A stretch of 64,000 nucleotides of DNA, taken from sequence record PV946933.1. One strand, 5' to 3'. The stretch is from a phage. Made by a program: the position numbers and the translations under genes. The notes under the pieces are model-generated. The model made no database searches, had not been told where the DNA came from, and worked only from the letters and a program-made list of their open reading frames with translations. Positions within the stretch are counted from its first letter, which is position 1. Each line of letters opens with the position of its first letter. Below, one piece after another: positions 16,896 to 26,607 of the stretch.

Positions 16896-17071
16896 TGAAA
16901 ACTGAATTGGTTTATACTGAAAAGTTAAATGGTGGTAAGGTTTGGAAACTTTTTATTAAAGGAAGTCCTACCGACTCTAATATGACCACTTGTGTAGGAA
17001 CTTGTTCTCGTCCTACTAAAAAGATGATTCGGCAATATAAGCGATTGCATCGAATGTTTTACAATACTTGA
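16895..17071 (+). CDS. hypothetical small basic protein (58 aa, not in track)
   Basis: TAATG-coupled ATG. Confidence 0.3.
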   Translation: MKTELVYTEKLNGGKVWKLFIKGSPTDSNMTTCVGTCSRPTKKMIRQYKRLHRMFYNT

Positions 17072-17112
17072 AAATAATAAATACCCTTATCTATTTAAGG
17101 TAAGGGTTTATT

Positions 17113-17586
17113 ATGTTATTGACTGGCAAATTATACAAAGAAGAAAAACAAAAATTTTATAATGCACAAAACGGTAAATGCTTAATTTGCCAACGAGAAC
17201 TAAATCCTGATGTTCAAGCTAATCACCTTGACCATGACCATGAATTAAATGGACCGAAAGCTGGAAAGGTACGTGGGTTGCTTTGTAATCTCTGCAATGC
17301 TGCAGAAGGTCAAATGAAACATAAATTTAATCGTTCTGGTTTAAAGGGACAAGGTGTTGATTATCTTGAATGGTTAGAAAATTTACTTACTTATTTAAAA
17401 TCCGATTACACCCAAAATAATATTCACCCTAACTTTGTTGGAGATAAATCAAAGGAATTTTCTCGTTTGGGAAAAGAGGAAATGATGGCTGAGATGCTTC
17501 AAAGAGGATTTGAATATAATGAATCTGACACCAAAACACAATTAATAGCTTCATTTAAGAAGCAGCTTAGAAAGAGTTTAAAATGA
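17113..17586 (+). CDS. 49: endonuclease VII (Holliday junction resolvase)
   Basis: 157 aa; zinc-binding cysteines (CLICQ...CNLC) and HNH-like His-x-Asp core, matching T4 gp49 length. Confidence 0.88.
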   Translation: MLLTGKLYKEEKQKFYNAQNGKCLICQRELNPDVQANHLDHDHELNGPKAGKVRGLLCNLCNAAEGQMKHKFNRSGLKGQGVDYLEWLENLLTYLKSDYTQNNIHPNFVGDKSKEFSRLGKEEMMAEMLQRGFEYNESDTKTQLIASFKKQLRKSLK

Positions 17587-19400
17587 CAATTGAAAAAGAA
17601 ATTGAAGGATTGATTCATAAAACTAATAAAGACCTTTTAAACGAGAATGCTAATAAAGATTCTCGTGTTTTTCCAACTCAACGGGACCTTATGGCTGGTA
17701 TTGTGTCTAAACACATTGCCAAAAATATGGTCCCGTCTTTTATTATGAAAGCGCATGAAAGCGGAATTATCCATTTCCACGATATTGATTATTCCCCTGC
17801 TCTTCCATTTACTAATTGTTGTTTAGTAGATTTAAAAGGAATGCTTGAGAACGGATTTAAGCTCGGTAATGCACAGATTGAAACTCCTAAATCAATCGGC
17901 GTTGCTACTGCAATTATGGCACAAATTACTGCGCAGGTTGCTTCTCATCAATATGGTGGAACGACTTTTGCGAATGTAGATAAAGTACTTTCTCCTTATG
18001 TTAAACGCACCTATGCAAAACATATTGAGGATGCAGAAAAATGGCAAATCGCTGATGCGTTGAATTATGCCCAATCTAAAACAGAAAAAGACGTATACGA
18101 TGCATTCCAAGCTTATGAATATGAAGTAAATACTCTCTTTAGTTCAAACGGACAAACGCCTTTTGTAACAATTACATTTGGTACGGGAACTGACTGGACT
18201 GAACGGATGATTCAGAAAGCAATTCTGAAAAATCGTATTAAAGGTCTCGGTCGTGATGGGATAACTCCTATTTTCCCTAAACTTGTTATGTTCGTTGAAG
18301 AAGGTGTTAATCTTTATAAAGACGATCCGAACTATGATATTAAGCAGCTTGCTCTAGAGTGTGCAAGCAAAAGAATGTATCCTGACATCATTTCGGCTAA
18401 GAACAATAAAGCTATCACAGGTTCATCTATTCCTGTTTCTCCAATGGGTTGCCGTAGTTTCTTGAGCGTATGGAAAGATTCGACTGGTAATGAAATTCTT
18501 GATGGACGTAATAATCTTGGCGTTGTAACACTGAATCTTCCTCGCATTGCGTTAGATTCTTATATTGGAACACAATTCAATGAACAGAAATTTGCCGAAT
18601 TGTTCAATGAACGAATGGATTTATGTTTTGAAGCATTGATGTGTAGAATAAGTTCCTTAAAAGGAGTTAAAGCGACTGTTGCTCCTATTCTTTATCAAGA
18701 AGGTGCATTCGGGGTTCGTCTTAAACCTGATGACGATATAATTGAGTTATTTAAAAACGGTAGAAGTTCAGTGTCCCTAGGATACATTGGTATTCACGAA
18801 TTGAATATTCTTGTCGGTCGTGATATTGGACAAGAAATTTTAACTAAAATGAATGCTCGTCTTAAGCAGTGGACTGAAAGAACCGGATTTGCTTTTAGTT
18901 TGTATTCTACTCCTGCTGAAAACCTGTGCTATCGCTTCTGTAAACTTGATACCGAAAAATATGGAAGTGTAAAGGATGTTACTGATAAAGGCTGGTACAC
19001 TAACAGTTTCCACGTTTCAGTAGAAGAAAATATTACTCCGTTTGAAAAGATTTCTCGCGAAGCCCCGTATCATTTCATTGCAACAGGTGGTCACATTTCT
19101 TATGTTGAACTTCCTGATATGAAAAATAACCTAAAAGGTCTTGAGGCTGTATGGGATTATGCTGCACAACATTTAGATTATTTTGGTGTTAATATGCCAG
19201 TAGATAAATGTTTTACATGCGGAAGTACCCATGAAATGACTCCTACTGAAAACGGATTTGTTTGTTCTATTTGTGGAGAAACTGATCCTAAAAAGATGAA
19301 CACCATAAGAAGAACTTGCGGTTATTTGGGAAATCCGAACGAGCGCGGATTTAATCTTGGCAAAAATAAAGAAATCATGCATAGGGTTAAACACCAATGA
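17583..19400 (+). CDS. nrdD: anaerobic ribonucleoside-triphosphate reductase, uninterrupted
   Basis: 605 aa; C-terminal zinc ribbon CFTCGS...CSICG and a C-terminal glycyl-radical region; continuous ORF with no intron. Confidence 0.92.
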   Translation: MTIEKEIEGLIHKTNKDLLNENANKDSRVFPTQRDLMAGIVSKHIAKNMVPSFIMKAHESGIIHFHDIDYSPALPFTNCCLVDLKGMLENGFKLGNAQIETPKSIGVATAIMAQITAQVASHQYGGTTFANVDKVLSPYVKRTYAKHIEDAEKWQIADALNYAQSKTEKDVYDAFQAYEYEVNTLFSSNGQTPFVTITFGTGTDWTERMIQKAILKNRIKGLGRDGITPIFPKLVMFVEEGVNLYKDDPNYDIKQLALECASKRMYPDIISAKNNKAITGSSIPVSPMGCRSFLSVWKDSTGNEILDGRNNLGVVTLNLPRIALDSYIGTQFNEQKFAELFNERMDLCFEALMCRISSLKGVKATVAPILYQEGAFGVRLKPDDDIIELFKNGRSSVSLGYIGIHELNILVGRDIGQEILTKMNARLKQWTERTGFAFSLYSTPAENLCYRFCKLDTEKYGSVKDVTDKGWYTNSFHVSVEENITPFEKISREAPYHFIATGGHISYVELPDMKNNLKGLEAVWDYAAQHLDYFGVNMPVDKCFTCGSTHEMTPTENGFVCSICGETDPKKMNTIRRTCGYLGNPNERGFNLGKNKEIMHRVKHQ

Positions 19401-19867
19401 ATTACGATAGATTTTATCCCTGCGATTTTGTAAATGGCCCTGGATGCAGGGTCGTTCTTTTCGTTACGGGGTGTTTGCATAAATGTGAAGGGTGTTATAA
19501 TAAATCAACATGGAATGCTAGAAATGGCGTTCCATTCACTGGTGAAACACTAGAACAATTAATTGAATGTTTGAATAATGATTATATAGAAGGATTAACT
19601 ATAACTGGAGGAGACCCTCTTTATCCTGATAACCGAGATGCTGTTCATTGCATTGTTCAAACGGTAAAAAATCTTTATCCAAATAAAAGCATTTGGTTGT
19701 GGACAGGGTACAAGTTTGAAGATATTAAACAACTAGAAATGCTTAAATATGTTGATGTTATTATTGATGGGAAGTATGAGAAAAATCTTCCGACCAAAAA
19801 GCTGTGGCGAGGTTCAGATAATCAGCGACTTTGGTCAAATACCGATGGGGTGTGGAAACATGATTAA
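19397..19867 (+). CDS. nrdG: anaerobic RNR activating enzyme (radical SAM)
   Basis: 156 aa; Cys-rich FeS region near N-terminus; ATGA overlap with nrdD. Confidence 0.88.
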   Translation: MNYDRFYPCDFVNGPGCRVVLFVTGCLHKCEGCYNKSTWNARNGVPFTGETLEQLIECLNNDYIEGLTITGGDPLYPDNRDAVHCIVQTVKNLYPNKSIWLWTGYKFEDIKQLEMLKYVDVIIDGKYEKNLPTKKLWRGSDNQRLWSNTDGVWKHD

Positions 19868-19981
19868 ACTGAATTATATTATTGATACTATAAATGATAT
19901 GATTTTTCATTTTGGTCCAGAATTTTATTCGCAGTATAGTTTAGTACTTATCAATGCTTGGTTAATCAATTAAGGGTAAAT

Positions 19982-20197
19982 ATGTATAAATTTCGTAAAG
20001 GTTTAGCTGATTTTCTTACAACTGTAACGTTCTTTTTGTTTATGGCAGTTGGAGCTATTTTCCTTATTCCTTTTATTGCTATATTTTTCGTGATTAGCTT
20101 AATTTCTCCAGAAAAAGGCTTATCTTCTAGTGAGTTCAATGAGCGTCTGGATAAAATTACTAACAAACTGAATGCTGTTCTTGATAAAAAGGCTTAA
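19982..20197 (+). CDS. small membrane protein (71 aa from internal ATG)
   Basis: Single long hydrophobic helix. Confidence 0.45.
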   Translation: MYKFRKGLADFLTTVTFFLFMAVGAIFLIPFIAIFFVISLISPEKGLSSSEFNERLDKITNKLNAVLDKKA

Positions 20198-20199
20198 TT

Positions 20200-20511
20200 G
20201 TGATTAGTTTTGAGCGGTATGTGGTAGAGAGTTGGAAGGGTTTTGATATGTTCGGTAATGACTATTATTTCTATGAATGTAGTCTAAATCCTAGTTTTTG
20301 GGCTGGACGAGAACGAGAACTTGAAGAAATTAATAACCGTGCTGAATTGTTAGGTGAATTACCTACGGTTTATTTTACCTTTGATGCATCTGGATTTGTT
20401 ATCCAGGTTTATTTTCCTGAAGAAAATTCTGGCGATGATTCTGTTAACCCGCCATACTGGGCTTATCAAGGAATTATTTCTCGTGGAACAAAACTCGAAC
20501 TTAAAGAATAA
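20200..20511 (+). CDS. hypothetical protein (103 aa)
   Basis: ORF. Confidence 0.45.
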   Translation: MISFERYVVESWKGFDMFGNDYYFYECSLNPSFWAGRERELEEINNRAELLGELPTVYFTFDASGFVIQVYFPEENSGDDSVNPPYWAYQGIISRGTKLELKE

Positions 20512-20806
20512 GATTGAAGTCTATGGAATTCCAGATGAAGTAGGTCGTTGTCCTGGATGTCAATCAGTTACAAAACTTCTAAAGGAGCTCAATGCTCCTT
20601 TTACTTTCTATAAAGTTCTTACAAATAATGGTAAGATTGAGTATGATCGCCCACTGATTGTATCTCTTGCTAAACGTGCTGGATTCACATCTCTTAACAT
20701 TCGTTATCCAGTCATTTTCATCAATGATTCTAGACAAAAGAACATTAAACACTTCAAAGAAACTCTCATTTCACTTGGATATGATAGAGATATCATAGAA
20801 GACTAA
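20483..20806 (+). CDS. NrdH-like glutaredoxin (thioredoxin fold, CPGC); start uncertain, likely GTG
   Basis: KIEVYGIPDEVGRCPGCQ redox motif; no in-frame ATG upstream of the domain. Confidence 0.6.
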   Translation: MEQNSNLKNKIEVYGIPDEVGRCPGCQSVTKLLKELNAPFTFYKVLTNNGKIEYDRPLIVSLAKRAGFTSLNIRYPVIFINDSRQKNIKHFKETLISLGYDRDIIED

Positions 20807-20808
20807 GA

Positions 20809-20830
20809 CGGGCCCTCTGGGCCTTTCTTT
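20809..20830 (+). terminator. intrinsic terminator (short stem)
   Basis: GC-rich hairpin GGCCC-TCT-GGGCC then TTTCTTTCT. Confidence 0.5.
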
Positions 20831-20904
20831 CTCATATTCTGTATATTACCATTCTAAGCTATCGTTCCCTTCTTATCATTCCCTAAAATAATTTTCACAA
20901 AGTT

Positions 20905-20934
20905 GTTTACAAGAAGTTTAAACTGTGGTATTAT
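20905..20934 (+). promoter_or_regulatory. T4-type early promoter
   Basis: GTTTAC-N18-TATTAT with conserved upstream TTTTCACAAAG block. Confidence 0.65.
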
Positions 20935-20964
20935 TAACATATAAATTGCCTTTGAGGATTTAAT

Positions 20965-21147
20965 ATGGTTGTGGTTGATAAAGAAATTAAAAAGGGACAA
21001 TATTATTTTATTAATGGTAATGTTGTTCGTGTTACTTATGTAAACGGTTTTGAAGTTTATTATCTTATACTCAAGTTACATAAACAGATGATTTGTGACC
21101 GTGCTGTATTTAGTTCAGTTGCTAAGGAAATTAAACTCCATGGGTAA
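20965..21147 (+). CDS. hypothetical small protein (60 aa)
   Basis: Early promoter 20905-20934 upstream. Confidence 0.45.
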   Translation: MVVVDKEIKKGQYYFINGNVVRVTYVNGFEVYYLILKLHKQMICDRAVFSSVAKEIKLHG

Positions 21148-21433
21148 AACGTATCGTCGTAAAGATTTAAAAGTGCGTGATTATGACTATTTCGGAAAGC
21201 GTAAAGCTCCTGATGGTGTAAGTCATAAAGATATGGTTGAAAACATTTTTCGCTCAGATAAATGGCGTAGAATGAAAGGCATTGATTCAGAAGTTAAAGA
21301 TGAGTTAAATCGTCAATTACGTGGTGAAGTAAGAAAGTTGAAAAAATCAGTTTACATTGACGATGATTTTGATTACAATACTTCTCAACGAGTTGCTAAG
21401 CGTAAATCAAACGAGTGCTATCGTTACAGCTGA
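21140..21433 (+). CDS. hypothetical basic protein (97 aa)
   Basis: ORF. Confidence 0.4.
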   Translation: MGKTYRRKDLKVRDYDYFGKRKAPDGVSHKDMVENIFRSDKWRRMKGIDSEVKDELNRQLRGEVRKLKKSVYIDDDFDYNTSQRVAKRKSNECYRYS

Positions 21434-21572
21434 GGAAAATATGAATATCAAACGCATGCTTTTTAAACAAGGATTATACACTTTAAATGTTGCTCCAAAA
21501 GGCGATACGACCAAGTGGTTAGTAAATGACTGGATTAAATTCATTGATGAAAACGGTAACTGGAAAATTTAA

Positions 21573-21773
21573 ATGAATCCTGAATCTAAATTATCGCAAC
21601 GAATTGCCGAAGCTCGTCGTCAGTTCTTTGAAAATATGATAGCCCAAGGTATTGATGACGAAGTTTTTCTGAACTGGTTTTGGAATCACAAATATTCAAG
21701 CTGTTCAGGGGCAATATTAATATCAGCCGCAATGATGTATGAAGGCTGGAAAGGTGCCAAACAGTTTAGCTAA
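21573..21773 (+). CDS. hypothetical small protein (66 aa)
   Basis: Followed by terminator 21773-21791. Confidence 0.45.
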   Translation: MNPESKLSQRIAEARRQFFENMIAQGIDDEVFLNWFWNHKYSSCSGAILISAAMMYEGWKGAKQFS

Positions 21774-21791
21774 GGGCTTCGGCCCTTTTTG
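21773..21791 (+). terminator. intrinsic terminator
   Basis: AGGGC-TTCG-GCCCT plus T5. Confidence 0.8.
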
Positions 21792-21825
21792 GATAATAAA
21801 ATTTTAACGCAATTGAGGATAATGT

Positions 21826-22152
21826 ATGACTATTCAAATTAAAAACGCCATCAATTCTTATGCATATGATAAAGTAGTTTCTCTGCTAGAAAAAGGCGAT
21901 ATTGTAACTCCTCAAATTTTGGATAAATGGGAAAAAGAGCTTCATCAGACGATGAAACAGAATGATCAGAAGATTGGACGAAATACTGTCCGTGAATTGA
22001 TGGTTCAATATATCTTGTCAGAATTTGATGTTAAAGCTTTTGGTGTAGAATCTAAAGCTTATCAAAAGCATGAAATTTCTGATAAAACTATTCGTCGTAT
22101 GAAAAATCAACGCAAGAAAAAATTTGCTGACCTGAAAATTACTAAGGTATAA
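21826..22152 (+). CDS. hypothetical protein (108 aa)
   Basis: RBS GAGGATAA. Confidence 0.45.
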   Translation: MTIQIKNAINSYAYDKVVSLLEKGDIVTPQILDKWEKELHQTMKQNDQKIGRNTVRELMVQYILSEFDVKAFGVESKAYQKHEISDKTIRRMKNQRKKKFADLKITKV

Positions 22153-22154
22153 TT

Positions 22155-22370
22155 ATGAACGAAGCTCTTATTAACGATTTACGTCTTGCCGGATATGAAG
22201 TAAATACAAACGGCATTGGTTTAACTCAAATTGAAGGAAACGGATTCATCCTTGAGTATGAATTTAGCCAATGGTGGTTATATGCCAATTACGGTAAACT
22301 GATTGAATATGTTGACCAATTTGATTCACTAGATGCAGCTCTTGAAGCGGCTAAGTTGATGAATGTATGA
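22155..22370 (+). CDS. hypothetical small protein (71 aa)
   Basis: ORF. Confidence 0.4.
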   Translation: MNEALINDLRLAGYEVNTNGIGLTQIEGNGFILEYEFSQWWLYANYGKLIEYVDQFDSLDAALEAAKLMNV

Positions 22371-22636
22371 AATTTATTAATATTTCTATTACTATTGAAA
22401 ATTATGGAATTTTCTATGTTGACCAATATATGAAAATTTCATTTTTCCCAAATAAGACTGGTGTTGGATATTGGGAAAGCCATGTTTCTGAATTAAATGA
22501 AAGCGAATATGTTAGCACACATGAAAAGTTTTTAGACTTTTTATATCATGCTGATTTAACTAGTCATTACATAGATATTCATGAATTTAAAAAGATGATG
22601 GAGAAAGTGTTCCAAGCATACTGTTTACTTAGATAA
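22367..22636 (+). CDS. hypothetical protein (89 aa)
   Basis: ORF. Confidence 0.4.
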   Translation: MKFINISITIENYGIFYVDQYMKISFFPNKTGVGYWESHVSELNESEYVSTHEKFLDFLYHADLTSHYIDIHEFKKMMEKVFQAYCLLR

Positions 22637-22648
22637 CTGATATCCTCT

Positions 22649-22694
22649 ATGCTTTAAGATAGATCTTCAAATATTATGATATAATAGATCTATG
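22649..22694 (+). promoter_or_regulatory. regulatory region upstream of gene 55 with MotA-box-like element and inverted repeat
   Basis: ATGCTTTA at 22649-22656; inverted repeat GATAGATCT 22658-22666 / AGATCTATG 22686-22694 around an AT-rich -10-like stretch. Confidence 0.35.
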
Positions 22695-22714
22695 AATTGA
22701 GCTAAGAGGTGAAA

Positions 22715-23272
22715 ATGTCAGAAACTAAGCCTAAATATAATTACGTAAACAATAAAGAGCTTTTACAAGCTATTATTGATTGGAAAACAGAATTAGCAAA
22801 TAATAAAGACCCAAATAAAGTAGTTCGTCAGAATGATACTATCGGATTAGCCATTATGCTTATTGCAGAAGGCTTATCTAAACGTTTCAACTTTTCAGGA
22901 TACACCCAGTCTTGGAAACAAGAAATGATTGCAGATGGTATAGAAGCTTCTATTAAGGGGCTTCATAATTTTGACGAAACGAAATATAAAAACCCACATG
23001 CATATATAACTCAAGCTTGTTTTAATGCATTCGTCCAACGTATTAAAAAAGAGCGTAAGGAAGTTGCAAAGAAATATAGTTACTTCGTTCACAATGTCTA
23101 TGACAGTCGTGACGACGATATGGTTGCGTTAGTAGATGAAACTTTTATTCAAGACATCTACGATAAAATGACGCATTACGAAGAATCAACCTATAGAACA
23201 CCGGGGGCTGAAAAGAAAAGTGTTGTAGACGATTCTCCTAGTTTGGATTTTTTATATGAGGCTAACGATTAA
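22715..23272 (+). CDS. 55: late-transcription sigma factor gp55
   Basis: 185 aa from ATG 22715 (track start 22709 is GTG); matches T4 gp55 length and recalled sequence. Confidence 0.88.
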
Positions 23273-23474
23273 CCTCTCCGGATTCTTGGAAGAAATACCT
23301 GAAGTTGAAGCTATTCCCTATTTACTTAAAATGTATCTCAGGGAAGTTTTAGCTCTTGACATTGATATTGATCCAGAAAATCCGTATGATACCGCTTTTA
23401 AATCTAATGGTGTAGAATTAAACTATCGGTATCATTTAACAGATGATGATTTTTATTTTATATTAGAGAAATAA
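23256..23474 (+). CDS. hypothetical small protein (72 aa)
   Basis: ORF. Confidence 0.35.
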
Positions 23475-23475
23475 T

Positions 23476-23793
23476 ATGACTGATAAACCCGAAATTAATG
23501 ATGAAGTGGAAAAGCTTATTTCTTCTATTGAAGAAAAGAACCGTCTTGAAGCAGAAAGAAAAGCAAATAAGTTATTGTCTAAAAATAAACGCGAACTGAA
23601 CCGTCTTTATAAGCACGCTCAGATTGCAGCTGAAAACAATAATTTTGCTCAATACGAATATGCTATCAAGAAAAGTCGGGATATTCTAAAACAGCCATAT
23701 AACGATGAACTCATTAGTATTCTTTGGAAGACTACTAGATCGCAGATTGAGGATATGATTGATGCTTACACACGTAAAATTCAAGCGTCTTAA
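23476..23793 (+). CDS. hypothetical helical protein (105 aa)
   Basis: ORF. Confidence 0.45.
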   Translation: MTDKPEINDEVEKLISSIEEKNRLEAERKANKLLSKNKRELNRLYKHAQIAAENNNFAQYEYAIKKSRDILKQPYNDELISILWKTTRSQIEDMIDAYTRKIQAS

Positions 23794-23965
23794 AATTAAT
23801 GCAGGATTTACTGAATCTTTGAACGGTCATCTTTGTGTGAAAATTTCTGAAAAAGAATACCATGATAGTTCAATTAAAGAAGTTAATCCTCCTATTGTAA
23901 GAGCAGACCCTAATATGAAAGTGTGGGTTGATTCTTATCAAGTCAAAAAATGGTGGCAATTGTGA
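23759..23965 (+). CDS. hypothetical small protein (68 aa)
   Basis: ORF. Confidence 0.35.
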   Translation: MMLTHVKFKRLKINAGFTESLNGHLCVKISEKEYHDSSIKEVNPPIVRADPNMKVWVDSYQVKKWWQL

Positions 23966-23967
23966 AA

Positions 23968-24141
23968 GATGAACACCCAGACTTCCGAAATAGATTATAA
24001 TAAAATTCGTTCCTCTAAAGTAGAAATGATGAGACGCTTTAAAGAGGCTCACGATAAAGCTAAAGCAGAAGGAACTATAACATATAAGCGCATAAAATTT
24101 AGAAGCTCTAACGAGCCTTTGTATGGCGTATTATGCGGATA
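23968..24141 (+). CDS. hypothetical small basic protein (57 aa, not in track)
   Basis: ORF followed by hairpin 24141-24156. Confidence 0.3.
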
Positions 24142-24208
24142 GGAGCTTCGGCTCCTATATTGCTTTATAAATTTTTGGTAAAATAAACCAAAACAATGAG
24201 GATATTAA

Positions 24209-25411
24209 ATGAAAGTATGTATTTTTATGGCTCGAGGTCTTGAAGGTTGCGGTGTAACTAAATTTTCTCTTGAGCAGCGTGATTGGTTTATTAAAAATGG
24301 TCATGAAGTAACTTTGGTTTATGCTAAAGATAAATCATTTACTCGTAATTGCGCGCATGATTATAAATCATTTTCAATTCCGGTTTTATTGGCAAAAGAA
24401 TACGATAAAACGCTTAAGCTGGTAAATGATTGTGATATTCTAGTTATCAATTCAGTTCCTGCTACTTCAGTCGAAGAAGACACAATTAATAACTATAAAA
24501 AAATTATTGATAACATTAAACCTTCGGTTCGTGTTGTAGTTTATCAGCATGACCATTCTTCTCTTTCTTTGCGTCGAAATTTGGGATTAGAAGAAACTGT
24601 TCGTCGAGCTGATGTTATTTTTAGCCATTCTGATAATGGTGACTTTAATAAAGTTTTGATGAAAGAATGGTATCCGGAAACTGTTTCTCTGTTTGATGAT
24701 ATTGAAGAAGCACCGACCGTATATAACTTTCAGCCTCCTATGGATATTGCGAAGGTTCGATCAACCTACTGGAAAGATGTTTCTGAAATTAACATGAATA
24801 TCAACCGTTGGATTGGTCGTACTACTACATGGAAAGGCTTTTATCAGATGTTTGATTTTCATGAAAAACATCTTAAACCTGCAGGACTAAGTACTATTAT
24901 GGAAGGTCTGGAACGTTCTCCAGCGTTCATTCCTATTAAAGAAAAAGGAATTCCATACGAGTATTATCGTCTTCATCAAGTAGACCAAATTAAAATTGCT
25001 CCTAATTTGCCGACGCAAATTCTTGACCGTTATGTAAATAGCGAAATGCTTGAACGCATGAGTAAATCCGGATTTGGTTATCAGCTGAGTAAGTTGGACA
25101 AAAAATATCTACAGCGTTCTTTAGAATACACTCATCTCGAGCTTGGTGCATGTGGAACAATTCCAGTATTTTGGAAATCTACTGGCGAAAATTTAAAATT
25201 CCGTGTTGATAATACTCCATTAATTTCACACGATAGCGGTATCGTTTGGTTTGATGAAAATGACATGGAATCAACATTTGAACGTATTAAAGAACTGTCA
25301 TCTGACCGAGCTCTTTATGATCGCGAACGCGAAAAAGCTTATGAATTTTTGTATCAGCATCAAGATTCAAGCTTCTGCTTTAAAGAACAGTTTGACATTA
25401 TTACAAAATAA
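24209..25411 (+). CDS. agt: DNA alpha-glucosyltransferase
   Basis: 400 aa; sequence recalled as near-identical to T4 alpha-gt. Confidence 0.9.
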   Translation: MKVCIFMARGLEGCGVTKFSLEQRDWFIKNGHEVTLVYAKDKSFTRNCAHDYKSFSIPVLLAKEYDKTLKLVNDCDILVINSVPATSVEEDTINNYKKIIDNIKPSVRVVVYQHDHSSLSLRRNLGLEETVRRADVIFSHSDNGDFNKVLMKEWYPETVSLFDDIEEAPTVYNFQPPMDIAKVRSTYWKDVSEINMNINRWIGRTTTWKGFYQMFDFHEKHLKPAGLSTIMEGLERSPAFIPIKEKGIPYEYYRLHQVDQIKIAPNLPTQILDRYVNSEMLERMSKSGFGYQLSKLDKKYLQRSLEYTHLELGACGTIPVFWKSTGENLKFRVDNTPLISHDSGIVWFDENDMESTFERIKELSSDRALYDREREKAYEFLYQHQDSSFCFKEQFDIITK

Positions 25412-25434
25412 AGGGCTTCGGCCCTTTAGCTTTA
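25412..25434 (+). terminator. intrinsic terminator
   Basis: AGGGC-TTCG-GCCCT then TTAGCTTTA. Confidence 0.7.
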
Positions 25435-25452
25435 TACGGAGTTTGATATAAT
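25428..25452 (+). promoter_or_regulatory. middle promoter candidate immediately after terminator
   Basis: AGCTTTA box, 12-nt spacer, TATAAT. Confidence 0.4.
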
Positions 25453-25591
25453 GATATTTCTTGGATATGTGATACTTTTTCTAGCGTTTTATCTATTCAC
25501 TAGAGCATGTTGGATTGGGTTCTTTAGCACTCCAGATGGATTTATTTCAATAATTTTATTTTGCATTTCAATGACGGTTCTTGATATATGA
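25451..25591 (+). CDS. small hydrophobic membrane peptide (46 aa, not in track)
   Basis: ATGA-coupled to gene 47 start. Confidence 0.3.
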   Translation: MIFLGYVILFLAFYLFTRACWIGFFSTPDGFISIILFCISMTVLDI

Positions 25592-26607
25592 AAATTTTAA
25601 ATTTAGGTGATTGGCATTTAGGCGTTAAAGCTGATGATGAGTGGGTTCAATCAATCCAGTTGGATGGAATTAAACAGGCGATAGAATATTCTAAGAAAAA
25701 TGGAATTACTACATGGATTCAATACGGCGATATTTTTGATGTGCGAAAAGCAATCACGCATAAAACTATGGAGTTCGCCCGTGAAATAGTTCAAATGCTT
25801 GATGATGCTGGTATTACCCTGCATACTGTTGTAGGAAACCATGATATGCACTTTAAAAATACTTTAACTCCAAATGCTTCTACTGAGCTTTTGGCTAAAT
25901 ATCCTAATGTTAAAGTATATGATAAGCCTACTACAGTAGATTTTGACGGGTGCTTAATTGATTTAATTCCTTGGATGTGTGAAGAAAATACCGGTGAAAT
26001 TCTTGAACATATTAAAACTTCATCTGCTTCTTTTTGTGTTGGTCACTGGGAACTGAATGGATTTTATTTTTATAAAGGAATGAAATCTCACGGCCTTGAA
26101 CCTGATTTCCTTAAGACTTATAAAGAAGTGTGGTCTGGTCACTTCCATACTATCTCTGAGGCTGCTAACGTCAGATATATTGGGACACCATGGACACTAA
26201 CTGCAGGTGACGAGAATGACCCTCGTGGGTTTTGGATGTTTGATACAGAAACAGAACGAATGGAATTTATTCCAAACAACACTACCTGGCATCGTCGAAT
26301 TCAATATCCATTTAAGGGAAAAATTGACTATAAAGATTTTACAAATCTGTCAGTACGTGTTATAGTAACTGAGGTAGACAAAAATCTAACGAAGTTCGAA
26401 TCTGAACTAGAAAAAGTTGTGCATTCATTACGAGTTGTGTCAAAGATTGATAACTCTGTCGAGTCAGATGATAGTGAAGAAGTTGAAGTTCAATCTCTTC
26501 AGACATTGATGGAAGAATACATTAATGCAATTCCAGACATCACTGATTCTGATCGCGAAGCACTTATTCAATATGCAAATCAGCTATATGTAGAGGCAAC
26601 ACAATGA
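25588..26607 (+). CDS. 47: recombination nuclease subunit gp47 (Mre11-like)
   Basis: 339 aa; phosphoesterase motifs (DWHLG, GDIFD, GNHD, GHWE/GHFH). Confidence 0.9.
   Translation: MKILNLGDWHLGVKADDEWVQSIQLDGIKQAIEYSKKNGITTWIQYGDIFDVRKAITHKTMEFAREIVQMLDDAGITLHTVVGNHDMHFKNTLTPNASTELLAKYPNVKVYDKPTTVDFDGCLIDLIPWMCEENTGEILEHIKTSSASFCVGHWELNGFYFYKGMKSHGLEPDFLKTYKEVWSGHFHTISEAANVRYIGTPWTLTAGDENDPRGFWMFDTETERMEFIPNNTTWHRRIQYPFKGKIDYKDFTNLSVRVIVTEVDKNLTKFESELEKVVHSLRVVSKIDNSVESDDSEEVEVQSLQTLMEEYINAIPDITDSDREALIQYANQLYVEATQ

Noticed and set aside
20354-20482. Upstream part of ORF 20354-20806 as part of the glutaredoxin gene
   Set aside because: The thioredoxin-fold domain begins near 20513 and the upstream segment overlaps the well-formed ORF 20200-20511 in another frame.
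21773-21791. Recurrent GGGCTTCGGCCC sequences, as a possible CRISPR-like repeat
   Set aside because: The copies are terminator hairpins (GC stem, UUCG loop, T-run) at gene ends, irregularly spaced with no uniform spacers.
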